64,000 nt of DNA from Eledone cirrhosa (GCA_964016885.1 OZ024756.1:2976001-3040000); one strand, 5' to 3'. Numbered from the stretch's first letter, positions 21,160 to 33,620 are shown. The notes: a model not told the origin generated them from the letters alone. Program-made: numbers and translations.

Positions 21160-21989
21160 TACCGGAGCAAGCGATTATCAAACAATTCTCTAAATAAATT
21201 AAAAAACGATTTAAATAATCACCTGTTCCATTGCTGTTACCGACGGTTTCATCATTCCAAAAGATTGGAAATCCAGAGAATTTCCAATGGAAAGAAATGA
21301 ATCTTCAGACAGCCTATTTCCACACCATAAGGTTGCCAGCCCATAGTAAGTAAATATTTCTCTTCCTGCCCAACGCATGCGGTCAAGCCGTTAAAATGAC
21401 ACACACGCAAAATCAGGTCGCTGATAATAGCTGTATATTATAAACATGTTGATATTGCCACTAAAATTAGCAGCATTATTCAACGTTTTGTTCTCTACAT
21501 AAGGAGAAAAATTATAAAAGTGGATGAATACCTCAACAGGTACAATGTTCTTGTAGAAATATGCAAGTTGTTTATAATATTTGTGGTTCAATGATACTAA
21601 TTCGAGATGCCAGAACAATATAAAAAGTAGCGGAGCAAGCGGTTATCAAACAATTCTCTAAATAAATTAAAAAACGATTTAAATAATCACCTGTTCCATG
21701 GCTGTTACCGACGGTTTCATCATTCCAAAATATTGGAAATCCAGAGAATTTCCAATGGAAAGAAATGAATCTTCAGGGAATGATGAAACCGACGGTAACA
21801 GCAATGGAACAGGTGATTATTTAAATCGTTTTTTAATTTATTTAGAGTATTGTTTGATAACCGCTTGCTCCGCTACTTTTTATATTGTTCTGGCATCTCG
21901 AATTAGTAGCATTGAACCACAAATATTATAAACAGCTTGCATATTTCTACAAGTACATTGTACCTGTTGAGGTATTCATCCACTTTTAT
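21157..21989 (-). mobile_element. Non-coding PLE-type element: 468-bp-period direct repeat plus an inverted arm, in (TA)n
   Basis: 21157-21308 repeats at ~21625-21776; ~21778-21989 is the reverse complement of ~21513-21727; carries an HHR. Confidence 0.8.
21233..21313 (-). ncRNA. Type I hammerhead ribozyme with long stem II
   Basis: Minus strand: GCTGT CTGAAGA T TCATTTC...TTGGAAAT-tctctgg-ATTTCCAA...GGAATGA T GAAA CCGTCGG TA ACAGC. Confidence 0.82.
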
Positions 21990-22146
21990 ATATATATATA
22001 TATTTCCGCTTGATGGCAGTGTGAGATTTCTCATTGTGAGACTGCTGGAATTTCAAATTTGGCGATTATTCTAGCACGGAGAGGTACCATCGCTGAACAT
22101 TAATATCGGTAAGGATTTTTTTTTTTATATCGATATTTGTCGGGCA

Positions 22147-22268
22147 TCCACTGATGATTTATAAGTGCCCACCTACATATATTCCTACGGACTATGTGTA
22201 GGCTTTTACATAACCAGGACATTATTTTCCCAATTTGTAGAAAACTTATAATGAAACGATCGTTTGGA
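22147..22268 (+). ncRNA. Type I hammerhead ribozyme with multibranch stem II, in a (TA)n-flanked element (~22003-22447)
   Basis: TCCA CTGATGA T TTATAAGT [77 nt] ACTTATAA T GAAA CGATCG TT TGGA. Confidence 0.8.
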
Positions 22269-22469
22269 AAGAGAGATGTATTTAATTATGTCTCATATAA
22301 AATAATACAACTGGCTATCCGCAAAATACGTATAGTTAGCACCCCAAACACTAAATTGGGATTATACTAAGGTATATCCTAATGTTTGTTGAGTGAGACG
22401 GAAGCCGGTCGGAGTATTGCTTAAAGCTTTCTCTGTTAATGTATTAAATATATATATATATATCTTTTG

Positions 22470-22516
<47 letters not shown>

Positions 22517-22644
22517 GTTATATTTAATTTGTTGGGATACAACAAGCAAATATTTTTATAACTGATATAAAGCACTCAAACAATTTTTGGAGTAAAAATA
22601 CAATATATTAACAAATGGAAACTATATTTATAAAACCATATTTA

Positions 22645-22705
22645 TTTCATTATACATATTTCAAGGACACCAAAGCAAATTATGGTGCGCTTTCATCAGA
22701 TAAAA
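22645..22705 (-). ncRNA. Type I hammerhead ribozyme in an inverted element (22513-23118)
   Basis: Minus strand: TTTTAT CTGATGA AAGCGCACCA-taatttgctt-TGGTGTCCTT GAAA TATGTA TA ATGAAA; same family as 30974. Confidence 0.8.
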
Positions 22706-23118
22706 TATAATATAGATCAGTTTTATAAACAAATATTGACATACCCTTAAAAGAATGCGACCATGTCGGTTGCAAGCTCCCGGATAGTGGGGTTACTAAT
22801 TTTATTTTTTATTATTGGTCTATTATGCAAATTAGTGTCGGAGTGGTTTAAAACCCATATATTTAAATTAAGCCTTTGGAATAGGGGAAAAAAAAAGAAA
22901 AAAAAAAGAAAAAAGAAAAAAGAAAAAAGAAAAAAGAAAAAAGAAAAAAGAAAAAGAAAGAACGAAAGAAAAACAAAAGAAAGAGAAAGAGATGGTTTTA
23001 TAAATATAGTTTCCATTTGTTAATATATTGTATTTTTACTCCAAATATTTGTTGAGTGCTTTATATCAGTTATAAAAATATTTGCTTGTTGTATCCCAAC
23101 AAATTAAATATAACTTCT

Positions 23119-23151
<33 letters not shown>

Positions 23152-23410
23152 GCGGCGATGAATTAGTTTTGCGAGGTTTTTTATACGAAATCGTGTGTCG
23201 AAACAAATATTGTTATACTTGGGGAGGGTCATATTTGTGTAATATTGCCAGAATTAATAACAGAACACACTCACTGTTTGGTTGGTTTTCGCTTCTCGCT
23301 GTCTTTTATATCGGTAATCTAACTTACTCGGTCCTCAATGTTGTCATTGACTGACCGACGGTCAAAAATAATACAGATACAATATAGACACAAACACATA
23401 TATATAGTTT

Positions 23411-23452
23411 ATCATAAATCTTTCGTTGCACATCTGCCACATCGTCAGTGGT
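23411..23452 (-). ncRNA. Degenerate minimal HHR in the PLE 3' region
   Basis: Minus strand: ACCA CTGACGA T GTGGCA-gatg-TGCAAC GAAA GATT TA TGAT. Confidence 0.55.
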
Positions 23453-23691
23453 GTTATATTTTCCTCGTGTTGTGTTGTATGTCTACGCCATTTTTATTCA
23501 GTCTGTCTATATATTTATTTATTTATTTGCTTGTTTGTTTATTTTATTTCGTCTTCTTTGCGCATGCGTTTGCGTGTGTGTATAGTGTTATGTTTGCTGT
23601 GTGATGGGTGACTAGTGTGTGTTTATGTGCTTGTTGTTATTGTGCTTGTGTATGTATTTATTTATTTATTTATCTTATTTTATTTACTTAT

Positions 23692-24675
23692 TTATACTTC
23701 TCTTAGGTCAGTGTTGTTTGTTTGGGTGTTGTTGTTATTCCATTCATTCTTTCTGTTTAGCTTTGGTCTTCTAATTTCTATTTCACTAGCCTCTCTGATT
23801 TGCCTATCTGCTGGGTCATTTCTATGTTTAGATATTATTCTAATTTCTATGTTGTCTATGTTACCGTCATGTTGTTGTCTAGCATGTTCGTATAGTACTG
23901 ACCCGTTTTTTCGTCCTTTTAGTTCCCCCCAGTGTTGGTCTATCCTTTCACTTATGCTACGAGCTGTCTCACCTATGTATGTTGTTGTCATGTTTCTGCA
24001 AGTACCCTCTGTACATCTTATGCTATAGACTACGTTTCTAGTTTAACAGTTTATCCGGGGGTTCACCTTACATATGATACATTTCCTATTGGTACAGTGG
24101 GTTTTCTTAAAAGGGTAGGTTTTGCAGATCAGGGATTTTATGGTGGTTCCTGGCTTTTCTACCACCTTTATTTTTAAGTGGGTCTTTCTCAGGGCCTTTC
24201 TACACTGGTTAGCTAATTTCCCTCCAGGGGTGGCGTCCACAAACATGACACTCTGGTATCTCTGGTTGTCGTACCATGAGGTGGCTTTCCCTATCTTATG
24301 TCTAGCACTATCTAAGCTATTCCATGATTTGCTCCTGTATAATGGGCAAATTCCTTTCATGTCCAGTTCTATGAGGGTCTTATACTTTTCCATGGCTCCT
24401 TCGTATACTCTGACTCTGTCTCTTTGGTTGTAGCCAGAGAACTGCATGCGGTTGATGAAGTGTTGGATGTGTCTTTCCATTTCTGTTGGATCGCACATGC
24501 GGGACACATTCTTCATCACTCGTACCAAATCTGCGATCAGAATATTAAACTTAGCACTACTGGACATTGCTGAGTTTTTGAGTATCAGGTATTTGGAGGC
24601 CATGGGTTTAGCATAGTGTGAGAGGAGAATTTGGGCTCTCTCGTCTATAGTGTTAATCCAGAGTTCTGTGTCTAA
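23692..24675 (-). pseudogene. PLE RT thumb, Cys linker and GIY-YIG endonuclease, with one in-frame TAA at 24043-24045
   Basis: LDTELW..HYAKPMAS..RMQFSGY..HCTNRKCIICKVNPRINC*TRNVVYSIRCTEGTC..YIGETARSISERIDQH..LYEHARQQH..RQIREA..LNRKNEW. Confidence 0.88.
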
Positions 24676-24758
24676 GAGAAGCGAATACGAACCAAACAGT
24701 GAGTGTGTTCTGTTATTAATTCTGGCAATATTACACAAATATGACCCTCCCCAAGTAT

Positions 24759-24844
<86 letters not shown>

Positions 24845-25299
24845 CAAAATATTAACAAATGAAAAACATTCTCATAATAAAAATATATACTTTATTATAC
24901 ACAGTTCAAGAGTAACCAATCTTAGTCATGTAGCCCCATTTCTACTTGTAGCTAATAAGTTAAATTGCTATGAACAACTCGATAATTATAAGTTACCTCC
25001 CCTACATTGTCTCCCAATTAAAAAATTTAAAAACTAGCACTTAACTATAAATACCCACAATCTCTAATCTCTCGAGAAGTTACTTTCCCTGAAACCACCC
25101 TCTAATTAGTAAGGTAAATATCCACTTTGGCAGCCATCTTGTTACCCATAGGCAGATCTCACACAAAGCAGCCTCGACAAATGAATACTGCTTGATTATG
25201 GCTGAGAGCTGATGCAACCAAGACACCATAGTAAAAACCAATATATGGAACATTATATTATGTAACATTATCCCATTATTTTAATTTATATTACTTTGA

Positions 25300-25419
25300 G
25301 TTCCGATGAGCCACTCTGTTTTTTAAATATGTTAATTATTTCCAACTGAAACAGATCAATTATGATATATAGTCATCTGATCCAGAAATATTATATGGAG
25401 TAGCGAAACAATTGTAAAC
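25300..25419 (+). ncRNA. Type I hammerhead-like motif with expanded stem II and CCGATGA core
   Basis: GTT CCGATGA GCCACTC [81 nt] GAGTAGC GAAA CAATTG TA AAC. Confidence 0.65.
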
Positions 25420-25547
25420 GGACATTATTATTATTAATATTATTATTATTATTCTCTACATTCCTTACATCAAACTAAAATATGTTGACAATCTTTTAAT
25501 AATGTCTTCCTTGTGAAGTTTGTGGTCTTGTTTTACTTAACTAATGA

Positions 25548-25766
25548 ATACTTTATTATATATATTTCAAAGGTACTGTGTTGTTTTTCAGTACTTCAAC
25601 AACACAGTACCTTTGAAATATTTATAATAAAGTATATATTTTGATTATGAGAATGTTTTTCATTTGTTAATATTTTGAATAATATTAAAAACGTAGCTGT
25701 TGAGTGCTTCTAATCTATTGTAAAATTGTATTCGTTGAGTAATCAACAAACCATACTAATCTTTGG

Positions 25767-25768
<2 letters not shown>
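25548..25768 (+). mobile_element. Short PLE-type fragment with a palindromic 5' end (HHR 3' half); inverted partial copy at 24838-24899
   Basis: ATACTTTATTATATATATTTCAAAGGTACTGTGTTG...CAACACAGTACCTTT GAAA TATTTA TA ATAAAGTAT. Confidence 0.65.
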
Positions 25769-25803
<35 letters not shown>

Positions 25804-25807
<4 letters not shown>

Positions 25808-26014
25808 AACGTGTAGGACCCCGACGGCTGACTCAAACCGTTTCGACGGCTAATTGTGGACTAATTCTGGACATTTTAGTCCAGAATTAGCCGTCGAAAC
25901 GGCTTGAGCTCAGCCGTCGGGGTCCTACTCGTTCCTATTACCCACTCTACTACCCTAAGTATTGAGTACTTTGGTGCGTTATGGTCCACCTGGTTCCTTA
26001 CCACATTTCCTTCG

Positions 26015-26016
<2 letters not shown>
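25804..26016 (+). mobile_element. Short (TA)n-embedded repeat family with a palindromic 5' end; other copies at 18826-18893 (+), 28489-28683 (-) and 58450-58545 (-)
   Basis: Shared CAGAATTAGCCGTC GAAA CGGCT-tgagctc-AGCCG TC GGGGTCC...TACCCACTCTACTACCCTAAG...; arms 25804-~25860 and ~25878-25937. Confidence 0.8.
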
Positions 26017-26060
<44 letters not shown>

Positions 26061-26073
26061 ATATATATATATA

Positions 26074-26145
<72 letters not shown>

Positions 26146-26327
26146 TATATATATGTGTGTGTATATATATATATACATATATAAATATATATATATGTGT
26201 GTATATATATATATATATAAATATATATATGTGTATATATATATATATGTATATATATATATAAATATATATATATAGGTGTGTGTGTATGTATGTATAT
26301 ATATATATATTATATAAATATATATAT

Positions 26328-26360
<33 letters not shown>

Positions 26361-26370
26361 ATTATATATA

Positions 26371-26412
<42 letters not shown>

Positions 26413-26467
26413 TATATATCTGTATATATATATATATATGTATATATATATAAATATATATATATAG

Positions 26468-26522
<55 letters not shown>

Positions 26523-27451
26523 TACACACATACACACATAAACACATACTCACATAAACACATACTCACATAAACACATACATACATAAACACACACATA
26601 CATAAACACATACACACATAAACACATACATACATAAACACATACATACACACATACACACATAAACACTTACTCACAGAGACATACACACCTTAACACA
26701 TGCACACATAAACACATACACACAAGACAAACACACACACAGATACAAACATAAACTGTGTTAGTTTGAACAGGACTGATTTTATAATAATTATTCGAAG
26801 TAATATTGAATAATTGAATTGAAATATTTAAATGACAAACTTAAATTATAAAGCTGTCTTTATTTCAAAAGAAAATTCTAAGATATATCGAAAATAACCA
26901 TCAAGATGTCGATAAATTAAATAATTGTGGTGTTTCATATCTCCATATCATTTTTATGACTTCATTATTAAAATAAATAAATAGACAAACACGAGGTTGG
27001 ATGGACATATATAGTCATTCAAAATTATTTCTTTCTCTTCCCTTAACAAAGAGGATTTGAAAGGCCCAAGCAACCAATCAATATGAAGCTTTCTCGCCAT
27101 TTATTCAACTTTTATTTATTTGTTTGTTAATCCGATGAACATGTAAATAAAAAGAAGGAAAACAAATGAAAAACATCCAGAAAAACAGCCGTAACTAAAC
27201 TATAACAATAGAGCAACCTAGACTGTACAATATGAGAGTATATAAAACAGTCGTTTCTATAGAAATGGGAACAGAATAAGTGCGAACAATTCTTAAAAGA
27301 CAGTTGTCGTCTGCTTGTATAATGGCGTCAAGTTTTGATATAGCGTCTTTGTCTGGTTGATGTCGCTTCGCTAGCAGTGTTCTATGTATGTTTGTATGTA
27401 TGTGTGTATGTATGTATGTATGTATGTATGTATGTATGTATGTATGTATGT

Positions 27452-28311
27452 TCTTCTGGTTTTATAATTTCACAAAGTTTCACCAATAGAGAGAGTCGGT
27501 TTCTAACAGACACAAGACTCTCTCATTGGAATTTACACAACATCAACTAGGTAGATATGTATGTATGCATGCATGTGTAGATATGGATGTTATTGTATGT
27601 GTGGATGTGTATGTTTTGAGTTGTATGTGTGCATGTGTATATGCTTTGTATCTGTACATGTGTATAGGCAGTTATTAGATGCAACATTTTTGGAATGTTT
27701 TACATATTTTTACTGTTCCATTAATGGATTGTACTTGTAATTTCCTAACTAGTTGTGTTCTTTCTGTTCCTGTGAAGCCTAGCTTCTCAAGATTTGTATT
27801 GAGGCAGTTACTAACATATCCCAGTGGCATAAATCTGAAGGTGTAATCAGGGTGGAGTATCTGCATATTTCTCATCAGTTCTGCATAATATTCTCCTTTT
27901 CACTAATCTTTGATATTATATTGGCATCTTCTGGGCAGCTAATTTCCACTACTGTGCATGCTTTCTTCTCCCTGTCCCATATCATAATATCTGGTCTGTT
28001 ATGCCTGCATTTTATTGGGGTATTTTACTGGAACATTCCACCAGTACTCTTTCATATTATGTACATGGATGTCTTCCACATTGCTGTAGCTTTTAATGTG
28101 TTTATTGTCGGGGCTATCTTTTTTACGAACAGCATTGTACAGTGTTTTGGCCACTACATCAAGCCTCTTAGGTAGATATTACCGCGATGACATGGGTGAT
28201 ATACTCGATGTTAGTTCTGCAGAGTCTGCACTTGTTATCACATCTAGGTGATTTGCCTGCATCCCTATCTCTTTTGTGAATCAGGTATTTCGTGTTAATC
28301 TCCTGTTCCTG
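27452..28311 (-). mobile_element. 5'-truncated non-LTR retrotransposon with restriction-like endonuclease (R4/Dong-like)
   Basis: Manual translation: QEQEINTKYL..CDNKCRLCRTNIEYITHVIA / YLPKRLDVVAK / RHNRPDIMIWDREKKACTVVEISCP / LQVQSINGTVKICKTF; both flanks are (TATG)n. Confidence 0.82.
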
Positions 28312-29346
28312 TGTGTATGTATGTACGTATGTTAGTATGTATGTATGTATGTGTGTATGTCTACATGTATGTATGCATATGTGTGTGTATATGTATATGT
28401 GTATGTATGAATGTATGTATGTGTATGTATAAATATATGTATGTAGCTATGTACGTACGTATGTATATATGTGTATATATGTATATATAACAAAGGAGGT
28501 GTGGTAACGAACCAGGTGGACCATAACGCACCATAGTACTCAATACTTAGGGTAGTAGAGTGGGTAATAGGAAAAGGTATGACCCTGACGGCAGAGCTCA
28601 AGTCGTTTCGACGGCTAGTTCTGAGTCCAGAAATAGCCGTCGATACGGCTTGAGCTCTGCCGTCGGGGTCCTACCTTTTCCAATATGTATATATATATGT
28701 ATATATATGTGTGTGTGTCTGTGTGTGTGTATTTGTGTACACGAACGCACACCCACGCATATCTATATGTATATATAGAGAGGGAAAGTGGGAGAGAGAG
28801 AGAGGACGGAATTGATATATATATAGAGAAAATGTGAAGCTGGAAAAGGCACAGAAAATATATTTAAGGGTCGATTTTTCTTTTTTTATCTTTTCGTCAA
28901 AGTGACATTATTGACAAGATGACATTATTGAAGAAGTGAGAGGGACAAATCTTTTAAAAAAGAGTTTTGTAAAGTATATAAAGTATATAAATTATATAAA
29001 GTATATAAAGTATATAAAGTATATAAAGTATATAAAGTATTACCGGTTTCGATGTATTATTAAAATCTGATCAAATGTTGAGTATTACAGTTAAAAATAA
29101 TTAATAAGAATTAAAAAGTAAAAATTAGAGATTTAAAATTAAGAAGTATTTTACATTCTCGGCAAAGAAGATGAATAAAAAAAACTTACCTCTTAATTTT
29201 AAATCTTTAATTTTTAGTTTTTAATTCTTTTGAAGGCGGTCAACAGCTGGCCCTGACCGCCTTCGGGTTTTAAACATTTCTTTCTGCTTTTCAGCCTCTT
29301 GGATTGTGTTTACCATTATTCCTTTATTATATAACTATTATACAAT

Positions 29347-29409
29347 AAACACCTGATGATGTCACCAGGAACCTACAAAACCTGGTCATTGAAATGAGAC
29401 ATAGTGTTT
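29347..29409 (+). ncRNA. Type I hammerhead ribozyme
   Basis: AAACAC CTGATGA TGTC ACCAGG-aacctacaaaa-CCTGGT CATT GAAA TGAGACA TA GTGTTT. Confidence 0.82.
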
Positions 29410-29854
29410 GCTATAATAAATCTTTGAAAGAATTTAAACAGTCCAGCCTCCTGTCATTTTACTCAATGATAATTAACTCCATTCTCGCACCAGCTACAAG
29501 ATTCAACATAAACGAAGATGGATGAGTTGCATTACGTCGAGTGCTTTTCCTATTATTACATACGGAATGACTATACGGAATAACCAGTTCTATCCAGTGG
29601 TGAACCAACAAACCTAAATCAATATATATATATATATATAGAATAAGAAAAGGCTAAGTAGTTTCAGAGGTTAAAGTCTTTTATTGATCATGCTTTGATA
29701 CATATTTCAATTACGAGAGCGGCCACGCGACTCCGCGTACCCAGTGCCATGATCTCATCAGACAGCTTCTTACATAATAAGGTTACGTTTCCGAGGCAAT
29801 CCAAATTGAAACAAGGGAACGGACGAAGGTGATGCTCTTGAAGCCTTATATATA

Positions 29855-30435
29855 TATGTATTAGGATTGGTGCTCTGAAATAGCGATATATACATGAATG
29901 TATGTATAGTATATTTGGCAATATACCATATGTTTAATTAAAAACATTTTGAAGACCTTGCGCTATCATTTTTAAAGTAGTGACTATGTCTCTTACTTCT
30001 TTACTCGGCAAAAGAAGGGAGAGAAGCTGACAGATTCTGTTTCACGCTGTTGCCGATCCTCAGAGCATCGTACTTTCCGCCTTTGCTGAACATTATAGAG
30101 GTTGGATTCTTATAGAATTCCAGTAATATTCAGGAACTGATTCATGTATACATCGCTATTTCAGAGTACCAATCCTAATTTTTAATTTTTGCTGGACCGG
30201 CAACCGATCTGTATAATCAGTTGCGGATTATTACTGGAATTCTATAAGAATCCAGCCTCTATAATTTTCGGCAAAGGATCTGAGGATCGCCAACAGCGTG
30301 AAACACAATCTGTGAGCTTCTCTCCCTTATTTTGCCGAATAAAGAAGTAGGTGACATAGTCACTACTTTAAAAATTGTAGCGCAAGGTCTTCAAAATGAT
30401 TTTAATGAAACATACGGTATATTACCAAATATACT

Positions 30436-30440
<5 letters not shown>
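29855..30440. mobile_element. Complex inverted non-coding element with ~200-bp arms carrying HHRs
   Basis: ~29905-30130 is inverted at ~30228-30437; ~29858-29900 is inverted at ~30140-30180. Confidence 0.75.
30026..30066 (-). ncRNA. Minimal type I hammerhead ribozyme (degenerate inverted copy at 30277-30318)
   Basis: Minus strand: GCT CTGAGGA TCGGCAACAGCGT GAAA CAG-aat-CTG TC AGC. Confidence 0.7.
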
Positions 30441-30472
<32 letters not shown>

Positions 30473-30507
30473 AATTAGAAACTGAACAACACAAAATATA
30501 ACTACTA

Positions 30508-30569
30508 CATTACCAAAGGTTTCTGGATTCCAGACAATAATAATATACGTCTGGATCGGTCGTCAGACA
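30508..30569 (-). ncRNA. Hammerhead-like motif with weak stem I
   Basis: Minus strand: TGT CTGACGA CCGA TCCAGAC-13 nt-GTCTGGA ATCCA GAAA CCTTTGG TA ATG. Confidence 0.55.
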
Positions 30570-30825
30570 GAGATGTCTGTTATATTTTGTGTTGATCAAT
30601 TTCTAATTAAATAGCTCTGTTCTATACATAGAGCACTCTTTTTTCCCTTGCTTTTCTTTCGGAATTACCTAACACACACATACACACACACACATATATA
30701 TATATATATGGAGGAATAATAATACCATTTATGTATAGCTTTGCTTTACTGTCGTACATATTGGACTTTCCTTCCTTAAAGATAAAAATATTCTTCTCTG
30801 ACGAGTGTTAAGCACATGAGTATTG

Positions 30826-30856
<31 letters not shown>

Positions 30857-30973
30857 CGATATTAAATAAATGGAAACTATATTTATAAAACCATATTTAT
30901 TTCATTATATATATACAAGTCGATGTTGTACGGTATGTCAAATCTATTTATCTATAAAACTGTTTATATTGTA

Positions 30974-31035
30974 TTTTGTCTGAGGAAGGCATAGCATATT
31001 GTTAATATGATATCCCTGAAATATATATAATGAAA
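30974..31035 (+). ncRNA. Type I hammerhead ribozyme in an inverted element (30856-31167)
   Basis: TTTTGT CTGAGGA AGGCATAGCATATT-gtt-AATATGATATCCCT GAAA TATATA TA ATGAAA. Confidence 0.75.
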
Positions 31036-31164
31036 TAAATATGGTTTTATAAATATAGTTTCCATTTATTTAATATCGTAAATATACTCCAAATACTTGT
31101 CGAGTGCTTTTATATCAGTTATTAATATTTACTAGTTGTAACCCAACAATTTAAATATAACTTT

Positions 31165-31312
<148 letters not shown>

Positions 31313-31646
31313 ATAAAATGTCAACGTGTTATATTATAATTGTACTTCGAGATGAAATACTGTGTAACAAGTAAATCTTGTTTTTAAATGTCTCGCCTTC
31401 TCCTCCATATATTTTTAATTATACCCGCTCTGCTAAACTTCTGCATTTAATTCTCATTATATATTAACCTCACTCTAATATTTAACATTACATCTCTAAG
31501 TATTGAGTACACTTTGCTTCGGTTATTGGCCTCTAATATATTATATCAGGTGTTTCTCCTCTATTCTTATGATATATGTCTCTTATTTTGATATATATAT
31601 ATCAAATTTTAACTCTTCTTATTATTAATTTTTCTTAATATTAATC

Positions 31647-31692
31647 AACATTTGAAAAGATGGCTTTTGCAGACCCATCGAAACCGGTCGTT
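31647..31692 (+). ncRNA. Decayed HHR remnant
   Basis: AAC..TTGAAAA GATGG-11 nt-CCATC GAAA CCGG TC GTT; core mutated. Confidence 0.4.
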
Positions 31693-31793
31693 TTTTATAC
31701 CCTTTATTCTTTCCTTACCTTATGAAATTATATGTCTTTTCACAAAAAAGTATTCTGTATCTTATATATTCCATGTGCCATTACCAACCTCAA

Positions 31794-31920
<127 letters not shown>

Positions 31921-32737
31921 GACAGGGGGGAAGATAAAATGGCTTCACTTTATTTATTTATTTATTTTCTTCACAAAATCCCAAAAGAATTTTTCTTAAA
32001 AAAATTATTTTATAAATTAAGTTGTTGGTTGTTGGTTAGGTCTTAGGAGTTCTTGGTTAACGTAGGAGGTATTGTTTCGTTTTTAGAAAGACCTTTCACG
32101 CTGAGGTGCGCTTGTCAAACTGATGTATATGTGGTGTGTTGTTCTATATATAGGGATTTAACATGTCTGTGGTGTGGTGGGGGTTTCTTTTCTCCCCCTT
32201 TAATAAGTGCATGGGTGTAGGTGTGTTGAAAAAGTATTCATAGCAGTAATGAGTTGAGACGGTGAGTAGGGTTGGGTGGGGAGAAATGTAGCAAGTGCGG
32301 CCTGCCCCGGTCATTCTCGAAGAATTCATTTATTCAGGGGAAAAAGCTTTAGCATTGCTTTTGTGTTGAGAATGGTCACAGGCAAATCGCACCTGTCAAG
32401 TTTGTGAATAATTATTCTTTTCTTTTTTTGCTGAAGAATTTTTCTACGTCCATCCCAAAGTTAGTCCTTTGTTCAACACACACATATGTGCGCATATACG
32501 TACATACACACACGGGCATATGTAGGAATATATAGGCACACACCATCAATCACACACCCATGCACAAATACATCCCCATACATACACAAAAACATATAGA
32601 GACACATATAAAAACACACATACACATACGTACACACACGAATATGTACTCATACCTCCACATGGGTATATATATATATATACATATACATACATATACA
32701 CATACACACACATATACACACACACATATATATATAT

Positions 32738-32792
<55 letters not shown>

Positions 32793-33333
32793 TACATACA
32801 TATACATACATACATATACATACATATACACACATAAAGATACATAACTAAATATACATATATACACATACACGCACGCATACACACACACACACGCACG
32901 TGTATACACACATACACACACACACACACACACACATATATACATATGTCCGTATATATACCCCTCCGTTCACACATACATGCATACACACACACATATA
33001 CACACATACATCTATATATATACACATATAAAGAGAGAGGCATACACACACACATACATAAATATATATATATATATATAAATGAGAGGTATAGAGATTG
33101 TTTTAGCAAGAAGCTAACGGCATTCTATAACATATATGCGACTATAACGTCAAGATGGGAAAAGTAGTTAACGAAAGATTTAGGAAAAATAACTCAAACT
33201 CATCTCAAAAGAGAATCAGGATATAAATTCATCCACAGAATTTAGTGAAATCCGGGGAAAAATCTATAGACCTTTAACTCATGATAAAATAAAGTTTGAA
33301 ACACTTATCCTTCAATTTGGAATAACATCAAAT

Positions 33334-33414
33334 GCTCTGTATAGTCTTAAAAGACTATTTCATGAAAACTTTCAGTGGAGATGGTCACGGTTGGATTTCA
33401 TTCATCAGCAGAGC
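33334..33414 (-). ncRNA. Type I hammerhead ribozyme with fully paired stems I, II and III
   Basis: Minus strand: GCTCTG CTGATGA ATGAAA-28 nt-TTTCAT GAAA TAGTCTT-tt-AAGACTA TA CAGAGC. Confidence 0.9.
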
Positions 33415-33620
33415 TCAACAGAAAACCAGGGCTCTCACAGTAATATAATTCGAAATATATATATATATATATACATACATATACATACATACACATACAC
33501 TTATGTACACATAAACACATACAGACACATACACACATATACACATACACATACATACATATCCATATACATATATATATACACACACATATACACATAC
33601 ATATACACACATATATATAG

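Larger units (their letters stand above)
23152..24765 (-). mobile_element. 5'-truncated Penelope-like element with an inverted copy of its own 3' end at the 5' junction
   Basis: RT thumb plus GIY-YIG coding remnant; 24676-24765 is the reverse complement of 23207-23297; (TA)n on both sides. Confidence 0.85.

Noticed and set aside
24676-24738. N-terminus MCNIARINNRTHSLFG of the 231-aa ORF
   Set aside because: It derives from the inverted copy of the element's non-coding 3' end fused to the truncated RT
30797-30830. CTGACGA-GTG..CAC hairpin as an HHR; similar partial motifs near 18610, 29045, 32095, 42620 and 50932
   Set aside because: GAAA or the CUGANGA core is missing or mutated; at most decayed remnants, not counted as ribozymes
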